Of a stretch of 64,000 nucleotides of DNA, positions 19,475 to 28,781 are shown piece by piece. The DNA lies in contig NZ_OZ241975.1 in assembly GCF_965204195.1 (NCBI RefSeq), positions 1,401,184-1,465,183 of the forward strand, given 5' to 3'. The number at the start of each line of letters is the position of its first letter. Positions within the stretch are counted from its first letter, which is position 1. Made by a program: the position numbers and the translations under genes. The stretch is from Candidatus Poriferisodalis sp. Lineage in GTDB: Bacteria; Actinomycetota; Acidimicrobiia; Acidimicrobiales; Poriferisodalaceae. The notes under the pieces were generated by a model, which ran no database searches, was not told the origin of the DNA, and saw only the letters and a program-made list of their open reading frames with translations.

Positions 19475-20191
19475 TCAGCCGTCTTTGCGTGCCTCGGAGA
19501 TGAGCTCGCTCACCCGATTCGCCGCCGGGGCGTAGTCGGGATCGACCTCGGGGCCCGGCACGAACTCCGGTATCTCGACGCGCTCGGGACCAGACGGCGG
19601 CGCTGAACGCTCCGGCGCGGCTGCAGGTGCCGGTGGGGGTGCAGCGGGCTCGGCCGCGGGTGCCGGCGTCGGCTCGGCAGCTGAGCTCTCTGCCGCGTCT
19701 GTCGAACTCTCCGCCGCTGGGGCCGGACTGCTCTCGGGGGCCGGGACACCGGTTGCCTCGCGTGCGGACTTGGAACGGGCGAGTATCGCTGCAAGTCGGG
19801 GATCCGCTCCGCCGTCATCGGCGGCCGGTGCCTCGGGCGCGGGTGCATCGGCTGCCGCGGCCTCGGCGGGTTCCGCCGCCGGTTCGTCGGTGCTCGCTGC
19901 CGGCAGCCCGCGCGACTCTGCAGCCGCAGCGCGGGCTTCGGCGATGCGCGCTCGTTCCTGCGCGGCCTCGATCTCTTCTCGCGCTCTGCGGGCCAGAAAC
20001 TGCGGCCACTCGTCCTCGGGCACCAGCTTGCTGTGGGCCACCGAGATGACTTCGATGTCGTTGTCGAAGCGCACGCGGTAACGCTTGATGGCGAAGCCGA
20101 GGCCCCGGCCGCATTTGCCTGGCGTGCCTTCGGGGACGCCGGGGAGGTCCTCGTTGACTACTACCCGGGTGCCGCGCTTGTACTCGCTCAT
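19475..20191 (-). CDS. Hypothetical protein: small N-terminal domain plus Ala/Pro/Glu-rich low-complexity region
   Basis: High-GC3 ORF. No recognisable family. Divergent from the epimerase gene. Confidence 0.55.
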   Translation of the reverse strand: MSEYKRGTRVVVNEDLPGVPEGTPGKCGRGLGFAIKRYRVRFDNDIEVISVAHSKLVPEDEWPQFLARRAREEIEAAQERARIAEARAAAAESRGLPAASTDEPAAEPAEAAAADAPAPEAPAADDGGADPRLAAILARSKSAREATGVPAPESSPAPAAESSTDAAESSAAEPTPAPAAEPAAPPPAPAAAPERSAPPSGPERVEIPEFVPGPEVDPDYAPAANRVSELISEARKDG

Positions 20192-20284
20192 GACCCGGTT
20201 CCGCTGACGCTCGCGCTCATCGTTGCGGGAGCGTACCGGCGAATGAGGCCAGCTTCACCGGCACCCGTCGTAGATTCAGAGGGC

Positions 20285-21439
20285 GTGAGCGAGCAGACAG
20301 CCTTGGTGGTGGGCGGCACCGGTCCGACTGGGCCCCACGTGGTGAAGGGCTTGCTGGAGCGCGGCTACCGGGTGACGATCCTGCACACGGGACGCCATGA
20401 GGTCGACGAGATCACCGATCTGGTCGAGCACATCCACACGGACCCGTTCGATGCCGACCGGTTCACCGCTGCCATCGGATCGGCCACGTATGACCTGTCA
20501 GTGGTCATGTACGGCCGGCTGCGCGAGATCGCGCGAGTAATGGCCGGCCGCGTGTCCAAGTTCGTGAGCATCGGTGGCTTTCCCGTCTACAGCGGCTGGG
20601 GCGACGCCGATGCACTGTGGCCCGCTGGCATGCGGGTGCCGACGCGCGAGCACGATCGTCTGGTTTCCGATGAGCCGCCTGAGTTCCGCGTCAACAACAA
20701 GGTTCGCCAGATCGCCAACACGGAGCTCGTCGTGTTCCGCGAGCACCCCACGGCATCGCACCTGCGCTACCCGTGGATCTACGGCCCCGGGCAGATCAGC
20801 CCGCGCGAGTGGAAGATCGTGCGCCGCGTGCTCGATGGCCGTACTCGCATCGTGCTGCCCGACGGTGGCGTGACATTGCAGGCGTCTGCGGACGCCCGCA
20901 ATGCCGCAGCGATGGTGCTGGCCGCGGTCGATGCCGGCGCACGGTCGTCCGGTGAGGCATACAACGTGTCTGACGAGTGGACTCCCACGCTGCTGCAGTG
21001 GGTGGAGATCATTGCTGCGGCGCTCGACCACAGCTTCGAGATCGTGTCGATCCCGTGGGAGCACGCAGCCGTGTCGCACCATCTCACGCAGCGCAGCACG
21101 CCCCACCACCGCGTCATCAACTGCGACAAGGCGATCTACCAGCTCGGGTATCGCGATGTCGTGGATCCGGTGGAGGGGTTGACGGACACCGCACGTTGGC
21201 TCGCTCGTGAAGAGAACCACCCAGAGCCCGGGGGTGCCATGGAGCGTTCGATCGTGGATCGCTTCGACTACGAGGCCGAGGATCGGCTGATGGACGCTTG
21301 GCAGGCCGCCATCGCCCGCGACGACATCGCCGCTGCTGCGGCTGCGGCCGACCCGGGTTTCTTCGATCGCTACGCCGCCGAATTCGACGACCGGCCCGGC
21401 GCCGGCAAGGGGTGGACTTCCGTCAGCCGCTCCGGCTGA
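20285..21439 (+). CDS. NAD-dependent epimerase/dehydratase family protein
   Basis: VVGGTGPTGPHVV Rossmann motif directly after GTG 20285 (GAGGG upstream). ATG 20243 is an alternative start. The track ORF start 20033 overlaps the divergent gene. Confidence 0.8.
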   Translation: MSEQTALVVGGTGPTGPHVVKGLLERGYRVTILHTGRHEVDEITDLVEHIHTDPFDADRFTAAIGSATYDLSVVMYGRLREIARVMAGRVSKFVSIGGFPVYSGWGDADALWPAGMRVPTREHDRLVSDEPPEFRVNNKVRQIANTELVVFREHPTASHLRYPWIYGPGQISPREWKIVRRVLDGRTRIVLPDGGVTLQASADARNAAAMVLAAVDAGARSSGEAYNVSDEWTPTLLQWVEIIAAALDHSFEIVSIPWEHAAVSHHLTQRSTPHHRVINCDKAIYQLGYRDVVDPVEGLTDTARWLAREENHPEPGGAMERSIVDRFDYEAEDRLMDAWQAAIARDDIAAAAAAADPGFFDRYAAEFDDRPGAGKGWTSVSRSG

Positions 21440-21500
21440 GCGATGGGCACAGTCAGCCGCTCCGGCTGAGCGATGGGCACAGTCAGCCGTTCCGGCTGAT
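21422..21500. repeat. 30-bp tandem repeat, 2.6 copies, each unit carrying a CAGCCG-CTC-CGGCTG hairpin
   Basis: Units 21422..21451 and 21452..21481 are identical; 21482..21500 is a partial, diverged unit. Unit 1 encodes the last codons and the TGA of the epimerase gene. The partial unit supplies the modC stop on the other strand. Confidence 0.9.
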
Positions 21501-22678
21501 CAGTCGCGGCTGTCGGGGGCGAGATCGACCTCGGTGGCTTTGACGGAGACCCACAAGGTGGTGCCGGGCCGGATCAGAAGCTCGTGAGCAGCACCCGGCG
21601 TGATGTCGGCCGTGAGCGGCAGGGGAGAGCCGAGCAGCACACGGGTGATGTCGCCCAGCGGCTCGACGGCTTCGGCGGTGGTGCGCCAGACGTTGCGGGG
21701 GCTGCCGCTGGGTCGCTCCCGGTGCAGGGCGATCGCCCGCGGGTGGATCGTGGCCAAGACCGCCCCGAACATCGATGTGTCCGCAGCGTGCAGCACCACA
21801 GCCGGGCGACGGCCGGTCGGCGACGGCGTCGGGTCGTCGTCCGCCACGGTGATCTCACCGTCGCGGGCGGTGCCGCGCACCAGGTTGATGCCCGACAGAT
21901 CGGCGGCGTACGCGGTAGCCGGCGCGCGTCGCAGCTCGTCCGGCGTTCCCGATTGGGTGAGGCGACCGTTCTCGAGGATGTGCACGTGATCGGCCAGCAC
22001 GAAGGCGTCGGTGGGATCGTGGGTGATCAGCAGGCGCGGCACACCGCCCGCGCCGTGGCGCGGCGCCGCGGGCGACGCACTGCCGCCGTTGCGCCCGCTG
22101 CTGAGATGGGCGGCCAGGTTGCGCCGCAGACGGTTGCGAGCGGTGACGTCCAACGAGCCCAGCGGCTCATCGGCAACCAGCAGGTCCGGCTCGCAGGCGA
22201 GAGCGCGGGCGAGCGCCACCCGTTGGCGCTGGCCGCCTGACAGCGCACGAGGCCGTCGATGGCCCAGATCGCCGAGATCCATGGCATCCAGCCAGTCCTG
22301 TGCCCGCTCGCGAGCGAGGGCTCGACGCATGCCGCGAGATGTCAGCCCGAACGCCACGTTGTCGAGCGCGTTGAGATGCCGGAACAGCACTTGGTCTTGG
22401 AACACGACGCCGATGCGGCGCCCTTCAGGCGGAACGAAGACACCGGCGGCGGGATCGTCGAGGACGCTGCCTGCCAGTCGGACGCTGCCGCCGTCCAGCG
22501 GCAACAACCCGGCAATCGCAGCCACGATCGTGGACTTGCCGGCGCCGTTGGGTCCGAGCAGGGCAGCGGTCTCGCCCGCTTCGACGCTCAGCGACACGTC
22601 CAGCTCGAACTCGCCGCGCCGCAGCCGGATGTCGGCCTGCAATCCGCTGACTGCCGCGCCGGTGTCGTCGAAGCTCAT
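21500..22678 (-). CDS. modC: Molybdate ABC transporter ATP-binding protein with C-terminal TOBE/Mop-like domain
   Basis: From ATG 22678 (ATGA overlap with modB). Walker A GPNGAGKST, LSGGQRQRVALARAL. Operon context modA-modB-modC. Confidence 0.85.
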   Translation of the reverse strand: MSFDDTGAAVSGLQADIRLRRGEFELDVSLSVEAGETAALLGPNGAGKSTIVAAIAGLLPLDGGSVRLAGSVLDDPAAGVFVPPEGRRIGVVFQDQVLFRHLNALDNVAFGLTSRGMRRALARERAQDWLDAMDLGDLGHRRPRALSGGQRQRVALARALACEPDLLVADEPLGSLDVTARNRLRRNLAAHLSSGRNGGSASPAAPRHGAGGVPRLLITHDPTDAFVLADHVHILENGRLTQSGTPDELRRAPATAYAADLSGINLVRGTARDGEITVADDDPTPSPTGRRPAVVLHAADTSMFGAVLATIHPRAIALHRERPSGSPRNVWRTTAEAVEPLGDITRVLLGSPLPLTADITPGAAHELLIRPGTTLWVSVKATEVDLAPDSRD

Positions 22679-23514
22679 CGGCTCGGCCACCAGCGGTCCC
22701 GCAGGGCGATCAACAAACCCAGCGACAGTGCGACAAGCACCAGGCTGATAGCCACCGCCGCATCCCGGTTCGACTCCAGCGCCACAAACACCGCCAGCGG
22801 CAGCGTCTGGGTCCGCCCGCCGAGACTGCCTGCAAACGTGACGGTCGCGCCGAACTCGCCGAGCGCTCGCGCCCACGCCACCACCACCGCGACGCCCAGC
22901 GCGGGCCCGATCATCGGCAGCGTCACCCGCCACAGCACCCGCAGCCGCGAGGCACCCAGCGTGGCGGCTGCGTGCTCGTAGCGACGGTCGAGATTCCTCA
23001 GGGCACCCTCGACCGTCAGGATCACAAGCGGGGTGGCCACAAAGGCGTTCGCCAGGATGACGCCCCCGATCGAGTACGGCAGCAGCAGGCCGGTGGCGTC
23101 ATGCAGCGGCCCGCCGACCACGCCCCGACGCCCGAGCGCGAACAGCAGCGCGGCGCCGCCCACGACAGGCGGCAGCACCATCGGCAGCGTCACCAGCGCC
23201 CGTATCGCCGAGCGGCCCGGGAATGACACCCGCGCCAGCACCCATGCCAGCGGCACGCCGACCAGCGCGGCCACCGCAGCAGCCGCGATCGAGGACACCA
23301 CAGAGAGCACGGCAGCATCCACCACGAACCGGCTCGACAGGTGCGTCCACAGCCCTGTCCAGGGCGCACGCGCAACAAGGCCCACGAGTGGCAGTGCGAA
23401 CAGCACGACGCCGATACAGGCGAGCAGCGCGACCGGCCAAGGCGGCAGGTCACGCGCCGTCCGCCGCGCGCCGCTGTCGTCGCTCCTAGGAGTTGCGGTC
23501 GATGCGTCGGTCAT
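22675..23514 (-). CDS. modB: Molybdate ABC transporter permease
   Basis: Multi-TM ORF with the EAA-loop region typical of ModB/CysT permeases. Confidence 0.9.
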   Translation of the reverse strand: MTDASTATPRSDDSGARRTARDLPPWPVALLACIGVVLFALPLVGLVARAPWTGLWTHLSSRFVVDAAVLSVVSSIAAAAVAALVGVPLAWVLARVSFPGRSAIRALVTLPMVLPPVVGGAALLFALGRRGVVGGPLHDATGLLLPYSIGGVILANAFVATPLVILTVEGALRNLDRRYEHAAATLGASRLRVLWRVTLPMIGPALGVAVVVAWARALGEFGATVTFAGSLGGRTQTLPLAVFVALESNRDAAVAISLVLVALSLGLLIALRDRWWPSR

Positions 23515-24365
23515 GGCGTTGCGAATCCGAAATCGGCGAATGCGCCGCGTGCTGTGTCCGTCTGCAGGTAAGCGATAAACGCACCGGCTGCCGCGCCGTT
23601 GGGGGCATCTGCCAGAACAGCCGCTTCATATGTCACCTCCGGCTGTTGCCCGCTGGGCCAGCCCAGGCTCGTGATGCGATCGGATTCGGCGATCACATCG
23701 CTGGCGTACACAACTGCAGCGTCGAGTTCTCCTGCACCCAGCTTGGTGGCCAGCGCGCGGACATTGGGCTCTTCGGTGTCTGGGGCAGGCTCAATCTGCA
23801 TGCCCGACAACCCGGCTCGAGCATGTGCACCACACGGCACCTCTGACGCGCACAGCCCGATCAACAGATCGGGCCGGGACAGGTCGGCGAGCGAATCGAC
23901 GCCGGCATTGTTGCCGACGGGCACGGCGAGCACGAGCGAGTTGCGTGCCACAACGACGGGTTGGCCGTCGATGCCGACTCCGTTGCGGATCGTGCGTACA
24001 TGACTCGGGTCCGCCGGGATGAAGACATCTGCTGGCGCACCGGCGAGTACCTGCTCGCGCAGTGCCGAACTGCCGGCGCCCGAGATCTGCACCTCGACTG
24101 CGGGATGCTGCCGCTCGAAGCTCGCGGCGATTGCTTCGGTGACCGGCAACAAGGATGCGGCGACCAGGACATGCAGGCTGCCTTCGAGCGTCGCGCCGCT
24201 GACGGATGCGCTGGAGCGGTCGGCCGCATCGGCGTCTCCTTCAGACGCCGCGCAGCCTGCTGCAAGCGGCGCCATTGCCAGCAGCGTCAGTGCCGCACAG
24301 CGGCGTGTCCACGCCGCACGGTGCGCGACTTCCGTGTCGTGCGTCGCCGCGCGGATGCCGCCCAT
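23511..24365 (-). CDS. modA: Molybdate-binding periplasmic/lipoprotein component
   Basis: Signal/lipobox-like N-terminus (LAAGC), ModA-like body. ATGA overlap with modB. Confidence 0.85.
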   Translation of the reverse strand: MGGIRAATHDTEVAHRAAWTRRCAALTLLAMAPLAAGCAASEGDADAADRSSASVSGATLEGSLHVLVAASLLPVTEAIAASFERQHPAVEVQISGAGSSALREQVLAGAPADVFIPADPSHVRTIRNGVGIDGQPVVVARNSLVLAVPVGNNAGVDSLADLSRPDLLIGLCASEVPCGAHARAGLSGMQIEPAPDTEEPNVRALATKLGAGELDAAVVYASDVIAESDRITSLGWPSGQQPEVTYEAAVLADAPNGAAAGAFIAYLQTDTARGAFADFGFATP

Positions 24366-24445
24366 AGCTTCGCCAGTGTGCCCGACGCTCGTGGTTGTCG
24401 AAAATCCGGCGCGATGTCCAGCAGCAAGCGTTCTATGGTGAAGTC

Positions 24446-24709
24446 ATGATCGCTGGCGTCCTCGCCGCCACTCCGATCGTGGTTGACGCGTGGGTGCTGC
24501 TGGTGGCAGCTGCAAGCATCGTCGTCACCGTGCTTGTCACGGTCTTGGGTACGGGCTTGACGATCACGTTCCATCTCGCCGGTCGCATCGACCATCAGTC
24601 CGAGGAGATCGTGCTGGTGCGCGAACGCGTCGCGCGCTTGGAGGCCCTCTTCGCCCGTCTCGGTGACTCATCGGGGCCAGCAACGGAGTCGCCACCAGCG
24701 GACGAATAG
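24446..24709 (+). CDS. Hypothetical small membrane protein
   Basis: Two hydrophobic helices followed by a short coiled segment. ATG 24446 chosen inside the TTG-initiated track ORF 24395..24709. No homology recognised. Confidence 0.4.
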   Translation: MIAGVLAATPIVVDAWVLLVAAASIVVTVLVTVLGTGLTITFHLAGRIDHQSEEIVLVRERVARLEALFARLGDSSGPATESPPADE

Positions 24710-24719
24710 GGTCCCCGGC

Positions 24720-25631
24720 ATGGCTACGACGCTCGACTGGTACGGGTGCGCAACGTTCCGGCTGCGCACGGCCGGCCTCACGGTCTTTCTCGACGCCTAC
24801 ATCGACCGGGCTGACAACGCGGTGGGTCCGGGCCTGACCGCTGACGATGTCACCGAAGCGGACTGGGTGCTGGTGGGCCATTCGCACTTCGACCACCTCT
24901 ACGGGGCCGAGCGCATCGTGGCCAACACCGACGCCACCCTGATCGCGTCGTACGAGTCGGTGCGGGTGATGGCCGAGGCCGGAGTGCCCGAAGAGCGGAT
25001 GATCTGCGTGGCCGGCGGCGAGACGGTGGATCTCGCTCGGGGAGACCGCGGAGCTGGCGTGCGGGTGTCGGTGTATCCGAGCCAGCACTCCTGCGTCTGG
25101 TCGCACACCCAGATGGACCAGCCCGACCACGTCTGCCTGGGCGACCTCGGCGTGACCTGGCAGGAGCAGCAGCAGAAGTTCGCCGAGCTGATGAAGTACT
25201 TGGCGACGGAAGTCGATGCCGACACCAGCGCGCACATCGCTGCGTCGGCCGCCGGCCACAGCGACCGGGGCGACGGGGGAGCGCTGCTGTTCCTGATCGA
25301 GGCGCCGGACGGCTCGGTGCTGTTCCAGGACACCTCGGGTCACTGGTCGGGCGTGATGCGCGACCTGCGCCCCGACGTGGCGATCCTCGCGGCGGCGGGT
25401 CGCGGCAACATCGACGGCGAGCCCATCCAAGGCTCGCTGGCACAGTTCATCGGCCGCCAGGCCGACCTGCTGCGGCCCCGCAAGGTCATCCTCGGACACC
25501 ACGACAACTGGCTGCCGGGCTTCTCGGTGCCGACCGACACGACGTCCATAGCGGCCGAGCTGGCACGGGTCACGCCGAACGTCGAGTTCCTCGAACCCGG
25601 CTACATGGAAGCCACGCCCATCCTCCCGTAG
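24720..25631 (+). CDS. MBL-fold metallo-hydrolase
   Basis: From ATG 24720 (MATTLDWYG...). HSHFDH (HxHxDH) motif. Confidence 0.8.
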   Translation: MATTLDWYGCATFRLRTAGLTVFLDAYIDRADNAVGPGLTADDVTEADWVLVGHSHFDHLYGAERIVANTDATLIASYESVRVMAEAGVPEERMICVAGGETVDLARGDRGAGVRVSVYPSQHSCVWSHTQMDQPDHVCLGDLGVTWQEQQQKFAELMKYLATEVDADTSAHIAASAAGHSDRGDGGALLFLIEAPDGSVLFQDTSGHWSGVMRDLRPDVAILAAAGRGNIDGEPIQGSLAQFIGRQADLLRPRKVILGHHDNWLPGFSVPTDTTSIAAELARVTPNVEFLEPGYMEATPILP

Positions 25632-25641
25632 AGCGGCCTGC

Positions 25642-28600
25642 TCACGCAGGAAGCGGCATCTTCAAGAGTTCCGCGACGGCGTGCTCGATCTTGGGGCCGA
25701 GATCGCTCGACGCGAGGCTCTCTCTGACCCGGGAGCGCATTCTGCCGTGGGCCTTCATCTCCGGAATCTCGAGTTCTGCCACGAATCGCTCTGCTTCGGC
25801 GCCGAGAGATGCCAGATTGCGATGCAGGCGGTCGAGACTGTCGTAGAGCGGTATCGGCAGCTTCCAGAGGTGCGACCCGATGTGGCGGCCGCCTCCTTTT
25901 CCCGAAACCATGTACGGCTCAACGGCCTTGGTGACAGCCGCGCAGTTCAGGACAGCGCACAGATACTGGGCTTCTTCGACTGAACGCATCGGTGCCCAGT
26001 CGAGTTGATGCTCGACCAGCGCATATGGGGCAGTCACCCTGCACGCTGTGACGTGCATGCCCGAGACAGCGCATACGACTCGTGTTCCCGAGAGGGGGTA
26101 TTGCGACGAGAGCTTGCCGTAATGGTCCAACGACTCTTGCAAGCTCAGTGATGAGACGGCGTGCTCATCCCAGAGAGATGTCGCTGCCTGCCACCATCGT
26201 GCGAGGCCTTCATGAGCGTCGATATCCGCGTCGTCCAGCATCTTTCTTCCGTCGAATGGGAGCAGCGCTTCCATCGGCTGCCGTTGCATGAATGGAAGGA
26301 CCGACTCGCCCATCAGGAGAGGAAACACAAACTCCTGCTCCACTACTCCGCGTAGATCAGGCAGCTTCTTCCATGCATACTTGGCATATATCCCACGGTC
26401 CGAACGCACGGCCCGTCGGCCGGACCCGACGCCGAGCGGCGGTGCCACGTCTGGTTTGACGGTCGTCAAGAGACGTGGGTAAATGTTGGCCCCGTTTCGA
26501 AATATCGGCTTGTAGGGCGACGACGGCTGGGTTGCTTCGACAGGTTCGTCAACCTGAACAGTGCGCGAGAGCGCGGCGCGAACGGAATCCCAATCGGCGT
26601 TCGGGTTGTGCAGCTTGCCTGTCCACCGCTCGAACTGGGGAGTGAGCGTCTGGGCTTCGCGAGATCTGGTGCCGAACACGACACACGCTGTGCGAGGAAA
26701 AAAGGTATGACTGATGTCCGACAGCTCCCAAGGCATCCGCCAGTTGATGCACACGTTGTCACTCTTCCCGACCGCGTACCGACCTGCGCGAAGCCCGTCG
26801 GACTGTGCCCTCGTTCGCACTCCGGCCGGCATGACAAACGCCAGGTGCCCGTCGACTCGCAGGTATTGCTCCACAGCCCTGACGACGAACAAGTCGGCGA
26901 GGTCCTGATGCGTCGCGACATGCCTGCCCGACCACAGACCACGTGTGGTCGACATTTCGCGAAAAATCATCTTCATGGACTCTGTCATGTGCCGGTACGC
27001 CAGCCACGGCGGATTGCCAATCAAGACATCGCAACGATTGTCCGGCAGCGCCAGCCAAGCGGGGCGGGCCAGATTGCGGACGTAGTAGCCCCAGATGTGG
27101 TCGCGGCGCTCATCGTGAAGGCGGCACATGGCCTCGAAGGTGGCGCGCACGGTGACGGCATCGGCTTCAGAGAGGCCATGTCGATTCGCAATCGAAGCAA
27201 AGACCGTCGGACGAGAGCTGGGTTCGCGTGTCGTGGCCGTCTCCGCAAGGTCAGAAACGAGCGCGTCGAACCGATCGGCATCGGCCAGGAGGGCCTGAGG
27301 GAATCGAAGCTGGTCGGCAAACAGGTGTGCACCGTCACTCGTGGTCACGTTGAGCGTCTCTGACGCAAAGATGTCGCCGCGTTGGCCCCATTGGAGCGCG
27401 TCGCCGAGAAACACGGGAATTCTCAACGGCCCTCTGTCGGACGCTGACAGCCGCTCGGCGCCGATTGCGAGCAGATAGGTGACGCGGGCCAGAGTCACCG
27501 CCACCGGATGCACGTCAACGCCGAAGACCCGCCGAGCAACTCCTGCCACAGCATCACCGTTCGCGATGCCCGCGCGCTCGGCAGCGGCCAGGTAGCCGCG
27601 CACTGCGTGAAAGAGGAACGTGCCAGACCCGCAGCTGGGATCCAAGACCGTCATCTGGATGGGGTCGGTGACGACTTCTTGGATCATCGCTTCGGCCAGA
27701 AAGTCAGGCGTGTAGTACTCACCGAGCCGCTTTCGGGTGTCAACGCCGATGACCGACTCGTAGATCGTCTTCATGACGTCATGCGTTACGTTCGACCAAT
27801 CGAACTGTTGCAGGCGTCTCGCGAGAGCTGCGACCCACACGGTTCCAGGCTCGCCACAGTTGAGGGGCCAGTCGAAGAAATCGTGATCCACGACTCCGTG
27901 TATCTGTGACTGCTGTCCGAACAGCTCGCCCCGCAGCAGGCTGGCCGGCGTGAGCTGGGTGATCGGATAGCCGAGCACTGCGTGTGCCACGCACTCGGCG
28001 GTGGCAACGAGCAGGGTGTGCTCGACGAAGAGATCGTCTTCGTTGTCGCCGAATTGCGTACCGAGCGCCGTCGTCAGGAGCTTTGCCCAAAGTTCTCGCT
28101 TGATCTGGATTTCTGGATTGTCTCGGTTCGCTTCGTACATCCCGCGCAGTGCAGCGCGTTCGAGTTCATGCCCGGGGCTGTCGGCACCGAGCCGACTTGA
28201 GAGCGCCTCACGGGTCGGAATGACCTCGTGCTGCGTGGCCAGTACGGCGGCGAGCCACGTGATCAGTGGCTCGGGTTCCGGGGATGTGGGATCCACCTCG
28301 TGCACGGCCACCGGCCCGAGGCCGTCTTCGACGCGGTGGAAGAGGTGCCAGTCGCGGCCGTCCGTCACGATTCCGACGTAGCGCTGGCTGAGTTGGCGCT
28401 CGCGTTCGGCGACGTAGCCGCTCAACTGCGCAGTCGCATCTTCGAGCGACGCACCGCTGGCGAGCGATCTCTTGACCTCGATAACGGTTCGACCGATCTC
28501 GATGTCAATCCTGCGGCGGTCGCCGAGGGGGGCTTCCAAGGTCACATCGATGATGTCGTCGTCGGAAATGTTGAGTCCCGAGGCGATCAGCAGGAGGCGG

Positions 28601-28698
28601 ATGTCCGACTGGACGGTGGCCTCGGTCCGGCCTGGAGCGCTGCGGTCGCAGAGCCGGCCGACGACGGCCCCCAAGTCGACCGCGGCCTCTGGATTCAC
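25642..28698 (-). CDS. Single-polypeptide Type IIG/IIL-like restriction-modification enzyme (N-terminal PD-(D/E)xK nuclease, gamma-class N6-adenine methyltransferase, C-terminal specificity region)
   Basis: N-terminus RIDIEIGRTVIEVKR (D-x8-E-x-K, HSDR_N-like). Motif I VLDPSCGSGTFL followed by motif IV NPPW. About 400 aa of unassigned C-terminal sequence. Visibly AT-richer than its flanks. Confidence 0.75.
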   Translation of the reverse strand: MNPEAAVDLGAVVGRLCDRSAPGRTEATVQSDIRLLLIASGLNISDDDIIDVTLEAPLGDRRRIDIEIGRTVIEVKRSLASGASLEDATAQLSGYVAERERQLSQRYVGIVTDGRDWHLFHRVEDGLGPVAVHEVDPTSPEPEPLITWLAAVLATQHEVIPTREALSSRLGADSPGHELERAALRGMYEANRDNPEIQIKRELWAKLLTTALGTQFGDNEDDLFVEHTLLVATAECVAHAVLGYPITQLTPASLLRGELFGQQSQIHGVVDHDFFDWPLNCGEPGTVWVAALARRLQQFDWSNVTHDVMKTIYESVIGVDTRKRLGEYYTPDFLAEAMIQEVVTDPIQMTVLDPSCGSGTFLFHAVRGYLAAAERAGIANGDAVAGVARRVFGVDVHPVAVTLARVTYLLAIGAERLSASDRGPLRIPVFLGDALQWGQRGDIFASETLNVTTSDGAHLFADQLRFPQALLADADRFDALVSDLAETATTREPSSRPTVFASIANRHGLSEADAVTVRATFEAMCRLHDERRDHIWGYYVRNLARPAWLALPDNRCDVLIGNPPWLAYRHMTESMKMIFREMSTTRGLWSGRHVATHQDLADLFVVRAVEQYLRVDGHLAFVMPAGVRTRAQSDGLRAGRYAVGKSDNVCINWRMPWELSDISHTFFPRTACVVFGTRSREAQTLTPQFERWTGKLHNPNADWDSVRAALSRTVQVDEPVEATQPSSPYKPIFRNGANIYPRLLTTVKPDVAPPLGVGSGRRAVRSDRGIYAKYAWKKLPDLRGVVEQEFVFPLLMGESVLPFMQRQPMEALLPFDGRKMLDDADIDAHEGLARWWQAATSLWDEHAVSSLSLQESLDHYGKLSSQYPLSGTRVVCAVSGMHVTACRVTAPYALVEHQLDWAPMRSVEEAQYLCAVLNCAAVTKAVEPYMVSGKGGGRHIGSHLWKLPIPLYDSLDRLHRNLASLGAEAERFVAELEIPEMKAHGRMRSRVRESLASSDLGPKIEHAVAELLKMPLPA

Positions 28699-28781
28699 TC
28701 GTTCGACTGTAACGGCGCACTGCGGCGACCCTCTTGCAATTCGGCCGACTAACGGGTCCCCGTCAGTAGCTCAGCGGTTCG

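Noticed and set aside
24366-24445. Molybdenum-cofactor riboswitch or ModE operator upstream of modA
   Set aside because: The intergenic space is only ~80 nt, too short for the ~130-nt Moco riboswitch. I could not identify its conserved features or a convincing palindromic operator.
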